A stretch of 63,954 nt of DNA, filler included, from Candidatus Eiseniibacteriota bacterium (GCA_043809585.1; 5 parts of 5 records of this genome joined end to end with filler, not necessarily neighbours in it), one strand, 5' to 3'. Counted from the whole stretch's first letter, positions 1 to 10,209 are shown. The notes: generated from the sequence alone by a model not told the origin. Program-made: numbers and translations.

Positions 1-332
1 CAGATCAAGGCGCTCCGATTCCACTGGTTCTGCGTCGCCGCCCGGATCATTCGCTCGGCTCGGCGAATGACTCTCGCCCTCGCCCGCGCTCCCGACATCG
101 CCGCGCGCTTCGTCCAAGCGCAGGCGATTCTGCACGCCACACGCTAACCAGAAAGACGAAAGGACGCCGAGCCAAGGGAGGAGTCTGTCCCGATCTCCGT
201 CTCCGCACTCTTCCAGGCTCTCTCTCGTGCCGAAACGCGAACGTCGCACCGCCCCATCCGAAGAAAACCATCGATCATCGCCTGTCGAAGGGCGATCACA
301 GACACCTCACGGCCCTTACCCGTGGATCTGGG
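1..332 (+). mobile_element. Right end of an IS1380-family insertion sequence (transposase C-terminus 1-147 plus terminal repeat)
   Basis: Frame 1 reads QIKALRFHWFCVAARIIRSARRMTLAL...*, resembling IS1380 transposase C-termini; ends in GTGGATCTGGG (322-332), similar to ISEcp1-type termini. Confidence 0.7.
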
Positions 333-333
333 C

Positions 334-1439
334 TATTGACAATCGCATAAGTAAAGTCCTATGCTCCGGGCCGGAGGTGAGAGATGAGACCACACGGCAG
401 CCCGGAGTCTTTGGAACGACGTCGGCATCGCGCCCTGGCCTTGTTGGAGGAAGGATTGCCCCCGGTCGAGGTGGCGCGGAAGTTGAAGGTGGACCGGCGA
501 TCGGTTCGTCGTTGGCGTGCAAGTCATGACGCCGAGGGCATCGAGGGAATCGCCGCCAAGCCGGCGCCCGGTCGTCCCCGGAAGCTCACGGACCCGCAAC
601 GAGCCGAGCTCGGTCTGCTCCTGCTGCAGGGAGCCGAAGCCCAAGGATTCCCGACCGATCTTTGGACCTGTGCGCGTGTCGCGGAGGTCATTCGTCGACG
701 CTTTCGTGTTCGCTACCATCCACATCATGTCGCGCGCCTCCTCCATGTCCTGGGCTTCAGCCCCCAGAAGCCGGAGCGACGAGCCCGGGAGCGGAACGAG
801 GCCGAGATCCAACGCTGGGTGAAGGAGGAGTGGCCGAGGATAAAAAAAACGCTGCGCGCCTGAGAGCGAGCCTCGTCTTCCTGGACGAGAGCGGGCTTCT
901 GATGGCTCCCCATCTCCGACGCACCTGGGCTCCGGTTGGAGAGACCCCGATCTTCTACCAGCGCACGCGTTCCCACGAAAAGGTCTCGGCGATCGGGGCG
1001 ATTTCGGTCTCCCCTCGCCGCCGGCGAGTGGGCCTCTACTTTGCTCTCTTGCCGAACGAGAACGTAAACGCTGCGAACCTCATCCCCTTTCTCCGGGAAC
1101 TCAAGAGACATCTCCCGCGCCCGATCGTGCTTCTCTGGGATCGCCTGAACGTCCACCGGGCGAACCTCCTCCGCGAATTCCTCAACGGCCAGAACCAAAT
1201 CCGCATAGAGTTCTTCCCCGCCTACGCTCCCGAGCTCAACCCCGTGGAAGGAGTCTGGCAGCACTTGAAAATGAACCCCCTCGCCAATCACGCTCCCCAG
1301 GACGCCGCAGACCTCTGGTTCGAGGCCGCCTGCTCCTCCCACGACCTCCGAACTCACCAACCCCTCCTTCGATCCTTCCTCCGAAGATCGGGCCTTTCTC
1401 TGCGACTAAGATAGGACATTGCTTATGCGTTGCTCAATA
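334..1439 (+). mobile_element. IS630-family insertion sequence
   Basis: Imperfect ~28-bp inverted repeats (TATTGACAATCGCATAAGTAAAGTCCTA / TAGGACATTGCTTATGCGTTGCTCAATA) with TA at both ends, enclosing a split transposase. Confidence 0.92.
384..1414 (+). CDS. IS630 transposase, HTH ORF (384-863) and DDE ORF (to 1414) joined by -1 frameshift
   Basis: HTH/winged-helix N-part; FLDESG, WDRLNVH, PAYAPELNPVE DDE motifs; A8 tract at 842-849 at the frame junction. Confidence 0.9.
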
Positions 1440-1478
1440 AGCGAACCTACCGTTCTCATCCCGCCGGGCTCCTCCCGG

Positions 1479-1511
1479 AAAAGGACCTCCCCCCTCACGG
1501 GGGAAGGTCCT
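1479..1511 (-). terminator. Probable intrinsic terminator after tRNA-Arg
   Basis: Minus strand AGGACCTTCCCC...GGGGGAGGTCCT hairpin followed by T run. Confidence 0.6.
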
Positions 1512-1519
1512 CTCGCATC

Positions 1520-1593
<74 letters not shown>

Positions 1594-1599
1594 CAAACA

Positions 1600-1673
1600 T
1601 CGGGGCGACTGGATTCGAACCAGCGACTCCCTGCTCCCAAAGCAGGTGCGCTACCGGACTGCGCCACGCCCCG
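1600..1673 (-). tRNA. tRNA-Pro(UGG)
   Basis: CGGGGCGTGGCGCAG...GGTTCGAATCC; anticodon loop TTTGGGA. Confidence 0.95.
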
Positions 1674-1965
1674 ACCGAAAAACCACTAGGAAGAATAGCA
1701 CCATGCAAATCGGCACATGCATCTCAAACGACTTCGAGTCCTCGGTCCGACGGGTCGCGGACCGCGGCCGGCTCCGTCGCGAGGTTCCGGGGAGCGTGGC
1801 GAGAGCCCGTTCGGACGAGCCGGCACCCGGAGGCGGGACCCTCGCCCCGTCGAGGATGGCGGCGAAAGAGAACGGCGCTCGCAGCCCGCGATCCCGAACC
1901 GCAGCAGGAGACGGTCGGGGCCCGCGACCCGGCTCCGCAGCAGGAACCGATCGCGCGAGTCGAAC

Positions 1966-2574
1966 CTATCTTCGTGGATTGACGATCGCCCTCTCGAGCG
2001 CCGGTTTGATCCCCTCCATGGCGAGGGCGCGGTGGCTGACCCGGTTCTTCTCTTCCACCCGGAGTTCGGCGAAGGTCCTGCCCGTCGGCGGATGGAGGAA
2101 GACCGGGTCGTATCCGAAACCGCCCTCCCCCCGGGGCTTCCGGAGGATCATGCCGTCGCAGCGACCTTCCGCCGTCCCGACCACGCCCTCCGGCGAGGCG
2201 AGGACCGCGACACAGAGAAAGTAGGCGCCCCGTTCCTCTTCCGGGAGATTCTCCATCCGGGAGAGGAGCTTCCGCCAGTTCTCCTCGTAGGTCACGTCCT
2301 CTCCGGCGTACCTCGACGAGTACACACCCGGCTCGCCGCCGAGGGCGGGAACGACCAGCCCCGTATCGTCGGCGAGGGCGAGAAGCCCCGTCCCCTCGGC
2401 GAGGGCGAGGGCCTTCTTCGCCGCGTTCCCTTCGAACGTGTCCCGGTCCTCCTCGACCTCGGGGATGTCCGGCCACTCGCCGGCCGTCCGGAAGCGGACC
2501 GGGAGGTCGCCCAGAATGCGGGTGATCTCCTTTACCTTGTCCCGGTTGTGCGTCGCGAGGACCACCTCGGTCAT
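1966..2574 (-). CDS. rdgB: Non-canonical purine NTP pyrophosphatase (RdgB/HAM1)
   Basis: LATHNRDK, EEDRDTFEGNA, ADDTGL, GFGYDPVF, SHR motifs. Confidence 0.95.
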   Translation of the reverse strand: MTEVVLATHNRDKVKEITRILGDLPVRFRTAGEWPDIPEVEEDRDTFEGNAAKKALALAEGTGLLALADDTGLVVPALGGEPGVYSSRYAGEDVTYEENWRKLLSRMENLPEEERGAYFLCVAVLASPEGVVGTAEGRCDGMILRKPRGEGGFGYDPVFLHPPTGRTFAELRVEEKNRVSHRALAMEGIKPALERAIVNPRR

Positions 2575-3305
2575 CGGTCCGCCCCCCTTCCGAGGGCCTC
2601 GTTCTGGACCGCCGTCAACCCGTCGACGCCGAGCTTCGCGAGCCTCAGCATCCTGTTGAGCGCCGTTCCGGTGAACGGCTCCCCTTCCGCCGTCCCCTGC
2701 ACCTCGATGTACTTCCCCCGTCCCGTCATGACCACGTTCATGTCCACCTCGGCCCGGACGTCCTCCACATAACAGAGATCGAGAAGCGCCTCGCCGTCCA
2801 GAACGCCCACGCTCACCGCCGCCACCGTGTCGACCAGGGGTGACTCCTCCAGGACGCTCCGCCTCTGGAGAAAGCCGACGGCGTCGGCAAGGGCCACGTA
2901 GGCGCCGGTGATCGACGCCGTCCGGGTCCCCCCGTCCGCCTGCACCACGTCGCAGTCGATGGTGATCGTCCGGGACCCCAGCCTCTTCAGGTCGGTGACC
3001 GCCCGGAGGGAACGCCCGATCAAACGCTGGATCTCGAAGGTCCGCCCTCGAAGTCCCCGGGATCCGATCTCCCGCCGGATCCGCGTCGCCGACGAGCGGG
3101 GAATCATGCCGTACTCGGCGGTCACCCAACCCCCGCCCGCCTCGCGCTGAAACGAGGGGACCCTGTCCTCGATGGTGGCCGAGCAGATCACCCGCGTGTG
3201 GCCGGTCTCGATCATCACGCTCCCTTCGGCGTGGCGCAGATAGTTCCGCCGGAGGATCGTCTTTCGAAGTTCATCGGGCTTCCGCCCGTCCGGTCGCTTC
3301 GTCAT
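2571..3305 (-). CDS. rph: Ribonuclease PH
   Basis: RPDGR, EIQRLIGRSLR, QADGGTRTASITG motifs. Confidence 0.97.
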   Translation of the reverse strand: MTKRPDGRKPDELRKTILRRNYLRHAEGSVMIETGHTRVICSATIEDRVPSFQREAGGGWVTAEYGMIPRSSATRIRREIGSRGLRGRTFEIQRLIGRSLRAVTDLKRLGSRTITIDCDVVQADGGTRTASITGAYVALADAVGFLQRRSVLEESPLVDTVAAVSVGVLDGEALLDLCYVEDVRAEVDMNVVMTGRGKYIEVQGTAEGEPFTGTALNRMLRLAKLGVDGLTAVQNEALGRGADR

Positions 3306-4123
3306 TCCTTGAGCGTCCCTTCCCACTGTTCGAGATCGACGCGTTCCACCTCCCCGATCGGGCCTCCGAGGAAGAGCTCCGCCTCCTCCCGGAAACGGTG
3401 GGGCACGTCGCTGACGTAGAACCGGTGCAGAGGCTCCGGCCGGGCGCCCCGGTCGGCGGGCAGCCGCTCCCGGAGAAGAAGGGCCGTCTCCCGGGCGGCG
3501 TCGACGATCGTCACACCGTCGCCCGCCACTCGCTGGATCGCCTTTTTCATCACCGGAAAATGGGTGCAGCCGAGAATCAGCGTGTCCACCGAGCGCCGGA
3601 GGAGAGGCGCGAGGTACTCCTCCAGGATCCGGTCGGTCACCGGGTGCTCCGTCCACCCTTCCTCGGCGAGAGGCACGAGGAGCGGGCAGGCGGCCGAGAC
3701 GACCTCGACGTCCCCGTTCTTCTCCTTCAGGGCCCTCTCGTAGGCGCCGCTTGCGATGGTTCCCCGGGTGCCGATGACGCCGATCACTCCGTTCCGTGTC
3801 GCCTTCGCCGCAGCGCGGGCGCCCGGTTCAATCACGCCGATGACCGGCACAGGGCACTCTTCCCGGAGGGCGCCCAAGGATACGGCGGACGCCGTGTTGC
3901 AGGCGACCACCACGAAGCGGACGTCCTTCGAGAGAAGAAAACGGGTGTTCTGTTTCGAGAAGCGGACGACCGTAGGGGGCGATTTCGGACCGTAGGGGAG
4001 GCGGGCCGTGTCTCCGAAGAAGACGACCGGCTCTTCCGGCAGGAGATCGAAGATCTCCCGGACCACCGTGAGCCCTCCGATCCCCGAGTCGAAGACACCC
4101 ACCGGACGCGCCGTTAACGCCAT
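3302..4123 (-). CDS. murI: Glutamate racemase
   Basis: VFDSGIGG, VACNTAS, LGCTHFP motifs. Confidence 0.97.
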   Translation of the reverse strand: MALTARPVGVFDSGIGGLTVVREIFDLLPEEPVVFFGDTARLPYGPKSPPTVVRFSKQNTRFLLSKDVRFVVVACNTASAVSLGALREECPVPVIGVIEPGARAAAKATRNGVIGVIGTRGTIASGAYERALKEKNGDVEVVSAACPLLVPLAEEGWTEHPVTDRILEEYLAPLLRRSVDTLILGCTHFPVMKKAIQRVAGDGVTIVDAARETALLLRERLPADRGARPEPLHRFYVSDVPHRFREEAELFLGGPIGEVERVDLEQWEGTLKE

Positions 4124-4701
4124 TCCGCCACCTCGAAGGGATGGCGGGCGTCCACGTGCCCGCCGAGGGATTCGACGGCGCTCCCGTTCACGAGTATGCC
4201 CACCCGCACCACCTCGGGGAAGGAAGCGGCGAGCGTTCGAACCAGGCTCCGGATCGCGAGGATCTCCGATGATGTTCCCCACGTCCACTCCCGCAGCCCC
4301 TCTTCGACGACGTCCACATACAGCTCGCCGAGATCGTCGAAGAAGACCCCCTTCACCCGGAACCGTCCCGGCACCGTCGGCCACCCTTCGCCGGCCAGGG
4401 GGCCGCGGGCGAGCTCGGCAACGAGACGGCGGACGAAGTCTTCCCGACCGCCGTCCACGAGGGTGAGCTCCCGCCGCTCCGGCACGAGCCGCTCTCCGTC
4501 GACGTCGGCGAAGTAGAGGACCGCCGACCGGATGTGGGTCCCCTCGATCGCCGGGACCGCCTCTTCCTCCGCCACCGGGGTGATCTCGCTCCGGTTGCAG
4601 AGAAAGAGGAAGCCGGCGAGGATCGCGAGCACGAGGGCCACCCAAGGCCAGAGCGCGCCCCCCCGCTCGTCCCGCTCCTCGAAGACCGGCCCCTCCCTCA
4701 T
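4114..4701 (-). CDS. GerMN-domain membrane protein
   Basis: N-terminal TM; LYFAD, SSEILAIRSLVRTL, VNG...GHVD pattern; usual amidase-GerMN-murI context. Confidence 0.8.
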   Translation of the reverse strand: MREGPVFEERDERGGALWPWVALVLAILAGFLFLCNRSEITPVAEEEAVPAIEGTHIRSAVLYFADVDGERLVPERRELTLVDGGREDFVRRLVAELARGPLAGEGWPTVPGRFRVKGVFFDDLGELYVDVVEEGLREWTWGTSSEILAIRSLVRTLAASFPEVVRVGILVNGSAVESLGGHVDARHPFEVAEWR

Positions 4702-6266
4702 CGCTCTCCCCCCACGAACCGGGCGATCCCGTCCGCGAGACGAACGGCCAATTCGGAACGGATCTCCTCGTTCTGGAGGATCTCCTCCGTGCCGGGGCTC
4801 GTGAGGAAGGCGAGCTCCAGCAGCAGGGCCGGCATGTTCGCCCCCTGAAGGACCGCCGCCGGCGCCTCCCGCACTCCTCTCGGCCCGAAACCGGCCACTT
4901 GCCCGAGCTCCTCCAGGATCAACCGGGCCGCCGATTTGCCCGCCCGGCCATGTTCCTCCTGCACCGCGTCCCAGGGGACGAACCGGAGTTCCGTGCCGAG
5001 CACTCCGCCGAGCGGCTCGGACCGGTAAACGGTGGTCGCCTCCTCCACGGCCCTCTGAATCCTCTCCCGCGCCCCCCGACCGTGGGAGAGAACGTACACT
5101 TCCGTGCCCCGGAGGTTCGGGGCGGGCGACCCGTTCAGATGAAGGCCGACGAAGAGGACCCCGCCGCTTCCGTTCGCGATCTCCGTCCGCCGCTGGAGGG
5201 AGAGGTCGACGTCCTCCTCCCGGGTCAGGATCGCCACCAAGCCGTGCCGCGCCCGGAGCCGCTCCCCGACCCGCAGGGCAATGTCGAGGGTCGCCTCCTT
5301 CTCGAGAAGACCGCCCGCGCCGACACAACCCGAGTCGGCCCCGCCGTGGCCCGGATCGAGCACGATCACCGCGCGCCCCCCGCCCTCCGGTTTCGGCTTC
5401 GTCAACACCTCCACCGCCCCGGACGCGTCGCCCACCATGTCCTCGATCGGCAGAGACCCGAGACGGACCACCACCCCTTCGGGGCGGAGGCTCCGGGCCA
5501 CCCGCCACTCCCGTACCGACGGTCCCGGATCGAGAAGGAGGGTGATCGTGTCTCCCGAGATTCCCCACGACCACCCCTCGAGGGGCCCCCCCTCGGGAGG
5601 AGCCGGCAGCGAATCGGGGACGGAGAGTTGGGTGCCGGGAAAGCGAATCAGGATCTCCCCCTCCGGCCCCACTTCGTCCCGGAACGCCGGCCGTCCGGCG
5701 GTCCTTACCGTGATTTCGAGACCATCCCCCCGCCTCGACGCGTCGACGCCGACCACGCGGTAGGAGGACGATCCGAATCGGAGCACCCTCGCTTCCCGGT
5801 CCCAGCGGACCGGCGAGGGGGAGAGAGGGGCAATCTCGTTCACCACGAGCCCCAAGGGGAGTAACAGAACGCCGTCCCGGAAGAGGACGGGCGCGGGCAG
5901 ATGGATCCCCTTTCCGTCGATCACGACGTTCGGATTGTCGGCGGTCACCTTCACGCGCGATTCGCCGAGACGAATCGTCATCTTCAAGAGATCGGACCGC
6001 CAGTAGAGGGAAGCGCCGAAGAGGAGCGACACGTCTTGGGCGGAGACGTACTCGAACCGGCCGATCGTTCGGGTGGCGAGCCGCTCTTCCCGCCCGTCCG
6101 CGTGCCGCACGGTGAACTCCCCGGCGTGGGCGCCGGAGAGAACGACGACGAGGAGAGCCAGCGCGCCCCATGCGGGAAGAGGTCGGCTAGCGATAGCGGG
6201 CCTCCTTCCGGGCGCGGTCGATCTCCCGGGTCGCGTCCCGCTCGGCGATCGCCGCCCGCTTGTCAT
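4698..6266 (-). CDS. N-acetylmuramoyl-L-alanine amidase (Amidase_3); start uncertain
   Basis: IVLDPGHGG, EK, TR, GLHLN, MPALLLELAFLT motifs; signal-like segment near N-terminus. Confidence 0.88.
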   Translation of the reverse strand: MTSGRRSPSGTRPGRSTAPGRRPAIASRPLPAWGALALLVVVLSGAHAGEFTVRHADGREERLATRTIGRFEYVSAQDVSLLFGASLYWRSDLLKMTIRLGESRVKVTADNPNVVIDGKGIHLPAPVLFRDGVLLLPLGLVVNEIAPLSPSPVRWDREARVLRFGSSSYRVVGVDASRRGDGLEITVRTAGRPAFRDEVGPEGEILIRFPGTQLSVPDSLPAPPEGGPLEGWSWGISGDTITLLLDPGPSVREWRVARSLRPEGVVVRLGSLPIEDMVGDASGAVEVLTKPKPEGGGRAVIVLDPGHGGADSGCVGAGGLLEKEATLDIALRVGERLRARHGLVAILTREEDVDLSLQRRTEIANGSGGVLFVGLHLNGSPAPNLRGTEVYVLSHGRGARERIQRAVEEATTVYRSEPLGGVLGTELRFVPWDAVQEEHGRAGKSAARLILEELGQVAGFGPRGVREAPAAVLQGANMPALLLELAFLTSPGTEEILQNEEIRSELAVRLADGIARFVGGER

Positions 6267-6648
6267 GGCTCTTCTTCCCCACGGCCAGACCGATCTCCAC
6301 CTTCACCCAACTCCCCTTGAAGTAGAGCTTGAGAGGGATGAGGGTGACCCCCTTGCTTTCGACGTTCTTCCGGAGCTTGCGGATTTCCGACAGTTTCAGC
6401 AGTAGTTTCCGGCGCCGCTTCGGCTCGTGGTTGAACCGCCCGGCCTGCTCGTACAGCCGGATGTTCGCTCCCACCATGTAGACGCCGTCATCCTCGACCT
6501 TGGCATAGCTCTCCTGGAGGCTCGCATGCCCCGCCCGGAGGGACTTCACCTCCGAGCCGGTCAGGACCAGTCCGGCCTCGACGGTGTCGATGATCCGGTA
6601 CTCGTAACGGGCCCTGCGGTTCGTGCAGATCGTCTTGATCGTTTCCAT
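6187..6648 (-). CDS. smpB: SsrA-binding protein
   Basis: NRRARYEY, EAGLVLTGSEVKSLR, RKLLL, GKKSHDKR. Confidence 0.97.
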   Translation of the reverse strand: METIKTICTNRRARYEYRIIDTVEAGLVLTGSEVKSLRAGHASLQESYAKVEDDGVYMVGANIRLYEQAGRFNHEPKRRRKLLLKLSEIRKLRKNVESKGVTLIPLKLYFKGSWVKVEIGLAVGKKSHDKRAAIAERDATREIDRARKEARYR

Positions 6649-6805
6649 GGAGGCGCCTGAGGGAGAAGGAGAATCGAAAAAAACGGGCGACCCCGCGGGG
6701 CCGCATCGACTCACGATACCAAGAGCCCCGCGCCGGTGACAAGGGAAAAGGACTGAAAGGCCTTGCGCCCCCGGTTCCTTCGCCCTACACTACGGGAATC
6801 GTGGA

Positions 6806-6892
6806 GCCGAAGTGGCGGAATTGGTAGACGCGCATGATTCAGGGTCATGTGGGCGTAAGCCTGTGGGGGTTCGAGTCCCCCCTTCGGCACCA
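6806..6892 (+). tRNA. tRNA-Leu(CAG)
   Basis: GCCGAAGTGGCGGAATTGGTAGACGC..., anticodon loop TTCAGGG, long variable arm, ends ACCA. Confidence 0.96.
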
Positions 6893-7050
6893 TTCGAGCG
6901 AACCGTCGAAGCCGCGGGGCCCCGGCCCGGCGGCTCTCGTTTTTGGGGACCCCGGGGCGCGGGCCCTCCTCGGATGTGCTATCTTTGAAGGGTGAGCGCG
7001 GACGCCCCCCCCGGCCGGAGCCGCGCCGGGACAGGATCCGGAGGTTGATG

Positions 7051-7275
7051 ATGGGAGATCGAAAGATCCGGCGACGCACCTACGGCCCCTCGGAGGTGGA
7101 CGGTTTTCGTGACGAGGAAGAGAAGCCGGTCGCCTATTGCCCGCGGGAGAAGAAGAAGAAGCCCCCCGAAGAGCACCGGCTGTGCGAGCACCACCAAGAC
7201 GCCGAGGCGACTCTCGAGGAGATCGTCGACGCCGCCCCCTGCGACTACGACGAGGAAGAGGACGAAGGAGAGTAG
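7051..7275 (+). CDS. Small charged Cys/His-containing hypothetical protein (74 aa)
   Basis: GGAGG RBS at 7040, ATG, GC3-biased codons, terminator downstream. Confidence 0.7.
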   Translation: MGDRKIRRRTYGPSEVDGFRDEEEKPVAYCPREKKKKPPEEHRLCEHHQDAEATLEEIVDAAPCDYDEEEDEGE

Positions 7276-7303
7276 GCCGGGGGACGACGACCCCGAATGG
7301 AGC

Positions 7304-7331
7304 AGCCCGCCGGGACCCCGGCGGGCTTTTT
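7304..7331 (+). terminator. Intrinsic terminator
   Basis: AGCCCGCCGG-GACC-CCGGCGGGCT followed by T run. Confidence 0.8.
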
Positions 7332-7582
7332 CGCGCCAAAAGAAAATGCGGAACTCCTAAGATGAACCGGGTGCCCCGCCCGCAAATCCCCCCGTTTACA
7401 AAGCTTGGCTAGGCGAAACATGATTCCCGGTCCATCTTGGGAATCCCGCGTTTTCCGGGGGAGGGGTCCTTTCCGATCCGCCTTCGCGAACCCGACCATC
7501 TCCTCCGCTACCCCAAACCTAATCCAAGCGGTCCCCGGAGCGCAAATTATTTTTCTAATGGAAACTATTGCAACTAGTGAAA

Positions 7583-8371
7583 TTATTCTGATGAGACGAA
7601 CTCGAAAAAGAGTACCCCGTCGAATCGCGGATCCCCTTGTGATTTCCATAGATAGGCGAGGATAGGCACGTCGGTGACCCGGCCGGCCGCCGCGGAGGCG
7701 TGATGGAGCGTCCGATGGTGGAGGAGGATCCCTTCGTGGGAAATCAAATAACCCCGGGAGCGGTTCTTCTCATTCACGAAGGCGACGCCGCAAGCCTCGG
7801 GGAGATGGTCGAGGATCGTCTCCGTCACCCGGGAGGAGGGGAGGTAGCGCACCGTGAGCGTCCGCTCCCACCGGATCGGGAGGAGCCTCTCCCCCCTCTC
7901 GTCTCGGTTGAGGGTCACCGAAATCTCCCGGAGGAGCAGGTCCGGTGCGACCTCCCCGGTGAGGTCCCGGAAGTGGGGGGAGCCGAAGATCCGGTCCGCC
8001 GTGAAGTGATACCGGCTCTCGTAGGAGGGGACGCCGTCCCGGTAGTGGATCCGCTCCATCCACCGGATGCACTCCTCCCACGACCGGGCCCGGAGGAGCG
8101 CCGCGTCCGTCATCACCAGCACCGTGCAGTCCGCCTCGTCGAGCCGGAAGAGCGGATCCGGGTCCGGCTTCCCCTCCTCGCCGAGACATCCGAGGGCATA
8201 GGGGGTCCCGGCCCGAAGGTCGGCGAGAACGATCAACTTCGCCTCCGGAGAGAGCGCCGCCCAGCGCTCGTCGCGGAGGAGCGAGTCGACGCGGGCCGGC
8301 GGAGCCTCTTGGAGAGGCCCATAGGCGGCGGCCCATGCGAGCGCCGCGGCGGTGAGGATGCAAGTGATCAT
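7583..8371 (-). CDS. DUF1460/AmiA-like secreted amidase-like protein
   Basis: Signal peptide; GTPY..G.LGE, D(C)TVLV, RYHF, SHEG, HAS motifs. Confidence 0.75.
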   Translation of the reverse strand: MITCILTAAALAWAAAYGPLQEAPPARVDSLLRDERWAALSPEAKLIVLADLRAGTPYALGCLGEEGKPDPDPLFRLDEADCTVLVMTDAALLRARSWEECIRWMERIHYRDGVPSYESRYHFTADRIFGSPHFRDLTGEVAPDLLLREISVTLNRDERGERLLPIRWERTLTVRYLPSSRVTETILDHLPEACGVAFVNEKNRSRGYLISHEGILLHHRTLHHASAAAGRVTDVPILAYLWKSQGDPRFDGVLFFEFVSSE

Positions 8372-10148
8372 GGCGAACCCCGCCGCCCGCGCAGGCTGTC
8401 CGCGATCGCGATCTCCCGCGCCCCTTCCTCGAGAAACCCCGCCTCCGAGAGCAGCCGGCCGAGATTCCGATGGGGCCCTTCGAGAGACGGATCGATCTCG
8501 ATCGCCTCCCGGAATCCGTCGAGCGCCTCCCTCCCCCGGCCGAGCCGGAGCAGAACAAGGGCCCGGTCGTTCCGGAGACCGCCGTCGGACGGCAGTTCCC
8601 CGACGAGCCGGTTCCATTCGACAAGAGCCTCGTCGTCCCGCCCCTCCTCGAGAAGCGAATGGGCGAGACGCTTCCGGATCGACGGCCGGTCCGGAGCGAT
8701 TTCGAGGGCCGCCCGGTACTCGTCGATCGCCCGGGAGCGATTCCCGTCCTCGGCGAAGATCATGGCCCGGTTCACGTGGAGCGGGAGGTAGCCGTCCCTC
8801 TTCGGGTCGAAGTCGATCGGCCGTGCCCCGTAGGCGAGAAGAAGACCGGCGGCGAGCGGGGCGAGAAGGAGGGCGAGGCGCTTCCACGCCCTCTCCTTCG
8901 CCACGCCGGCGATCCGGCGGATCCCCTCGGCGGCGAAGAGGATCAGGAAGGGGGCCGCCGCGACTCGGTAGCGGGAGAAGACGTAGAATGCGGTGAGGGA
9001 AGCGTACACGGTCCCCACCCCGGCGTAGAGGAGAAAGAGCGAACGGAACCGCCTGAGCGATGCCAGGATCCCCACGAGGCCGAGAGACGCGACGATCCCG
9101 AAGGTCAGCGGGAAGAGTCGGAGCGCGGCGAACCGGTCCCGCAGGTAGTAGAAGTTCTCGTTGTCCGGAAGCTCCACGGCGTTCCAGAAGAGGAGGAGCT
9201 TTCGCCCGAAGAGACCGAGGGCGGCGCCCGGATTCGCCTTCATCCAGCGCCCTGACTCGCCGTACCAGAAGCGGGAGATCGCCGACGGGGCCGGCTCTTC
9301 GCCGAGACGGCGGACCGTCTCCCGCCGGAAATCGGTCTCCTCGTGGCGCGGGTCGGGCCGGACGAAGGGGAGCTCCGTGTAGGTTCCCCGGGCCATCCCG
9401 TTGTTCCCGATGTAGAAGTTCTGCCCCCCTTGGGACGTGACCGGGACGAAGTCCCCGCCTGAGACGACGGCGTTCCGGACCGTCACCGGCGCGACGGCGA
9501 TCGCCCCGCCGAGCAGCACCAGGAGCCCCCGACGGACGCTCCCCTCTCCCGGCCCCCGGCCCCAAGCCGCGTGCACGGCCCCGGCGGCGATCATCAGCAG
9601 GGCGTTCTCCCGGACGAGCGCCGCGAGGCCGAGGAGCGCTCCACCGAGGAGGGCCCCCCCCGCCCCCCCCGACTCCGGAGGAGGATGAAGACACCCGCCA
9701 CGAGGAAGAAGACGCCGGGCCCCGTCTTCATGATCTGGGCTTCGTAGAAGGGGAAAGGGGCGTAGAGGGCGGCCAGCAACCCGGCGATCGCCCCCGCGGC
9801 GGGGCCGAAGAGGAGGGCCCCCGCGCCCGCCACGAAAAGGACCGTCCCCCCCCCGAGGAAGACCTGGATGACGCGCACCGCGTCGTAATCGCGGCCCGCC
9901 ACGCCGTAGATCGTCGCGAGGAAATACGGGTAGAGGGGGGCCTGGTAGAAAGGGCGTCCCGGAGCGGAGGACCCCCCTTCGAGGATCGCCACGGCTTTGT
10001 CGTCGTACGCCTTCGGATCGAGGTGGAGGCGGTCGAGGAGTTCGTAATCCCGGAGGTCGACGAGATAGGCGATCCGGAGGATCAGGGCGAGGAGGAAGAT
10101 CCCCGAGGCGATTCGGCGGTCCATCGATCCCGGCGCGCCCCGGTTCAC
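8368..10148 (-). pseudogene. ArnT/PMT-like (GT-C) membrane glycosyltransferase with C-terminal TPR, frameshifted
   Basis: N-part (D..YD, PLYPYFLA) and C-part (RN, GGQNFYIGNN, SRYR, TPR) in different frames meeting at C8-G-C8 (9654-9670). Confidence 0.8.
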
Positions 10149-10209
10149 GGCGGCACCCTCCCCGCCGGCCGCCGGTCCGGCCCCCACGGACCGGGCCGCG
10201 CCGGACGAC

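Noticed and set aside
4114-6171. 685-aa version of the GerMN ORF and other extended ORF starts
   Set aside because: Extensions overlap upstream genes in another frame; starts trimmed to RBS-supported or overlapping start-stop codons
6650-6805. tmRNA expected near smpB
   Set aside because: No tRNA-Ala-like ends or tag reading frame; the adjacent RNA gene is tRNA-Leu
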